This document shows positions 63,944 to 64,000 of a stretch of 64,000 nucleotides of DNA, one piece after another. The notes beneath the pieces were generated by a model. The model saw only the letters and a list, made by a program, of their open reading frames with translations. It did not search any database and was not told where the DNA came from. A program made the position numbers and the translations under genes. The DNA lies in NCBI GenBank assembly GCA_000165345.1, contig CM000432.1, positions 1,024,001 to 1,088,000 on the forward strand, read 5' to 3'. Numbering within the stretch: position 1 is the stretch's first letter; each line of letters opens with the position of its first letter.

Positions 63944-63955
63944 TGGCGCAAAATT
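63944..63955. promoter_or_regulatory. TTGGCGCAAAAT element at the window end, likely in the promoter of the next gene downstream
   Basis: Lies about 330 nt after the transporter stop codon; CTGCATGTACA lies 25 nt upstream. Confidence 0.3.
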
Positions 63956-64000
63956 TTCAAACATGTGGGGATTTAACTTGATTTCAGAATCTGTTCGTCA

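Overview
This window is AT-rich, gene-dense, intron-poor eukaryotic DNA, not a prokaryotic or defence-island locus. The architecture strongly resembles a Cryptosporidium-like apicomplexan chromosome segment; the organism call is inference. I support about 26 protein-coding genes on alternating strands with 0.3-1.3 kb spacers. Many carry N/S/K/E-rich low-complexity insertions encoded by microsatellites. Four genes have short GTAAGT...YAG mini-introns that the six-frame track splits into separate ORFs. Nearly every 5' intergenic region carries an E2F-like GGCGCC or GGCGGG/CCCGCC element. Recognisable products are a DEAH-box RNA helicase, an AP complex beta-adaptin, an ORC1 (BAH + AAA+), a gamma-tubulin complex protein, an OTU deubiquitinase, three distinct RING E3 ligases (one RING+PHD), a Hook-domain protein, a DAG-kinase-like lipid kinase, an ABCC-type ABC transporter, an amino-acid transporter, a catalytically degenerate M16 insulinase-like protein and an N-terminally acylated armadillo protein (ARO/Vac8-like). 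Three others carry a signal peptide and look lineage-specific. I found no rRNA, tRNA, CRISPR, transposon or obvious non-coding RNA by eye. Most of the track ORFs nested antisense inside long CDSs are translations of low-complexity repeats and are rejected. Several track ORFs begin at non-ATG codons (TTG/GTG shown as M), so I moved those starts to the first in-frame ATG. Splice-site and motif coordinates are read by hand and may be off by 1 nt. There is a 1-nt disagreement between my reading of the printed sequence and the track near 22320-22360. No single novel multi-gene system stands out. The strongest leads are the missed multi-exon gene models, the promoter motif grammar with a palindromic double E2F site upstream of ORC1, and a local enrichment of ubiquitin-system genes.
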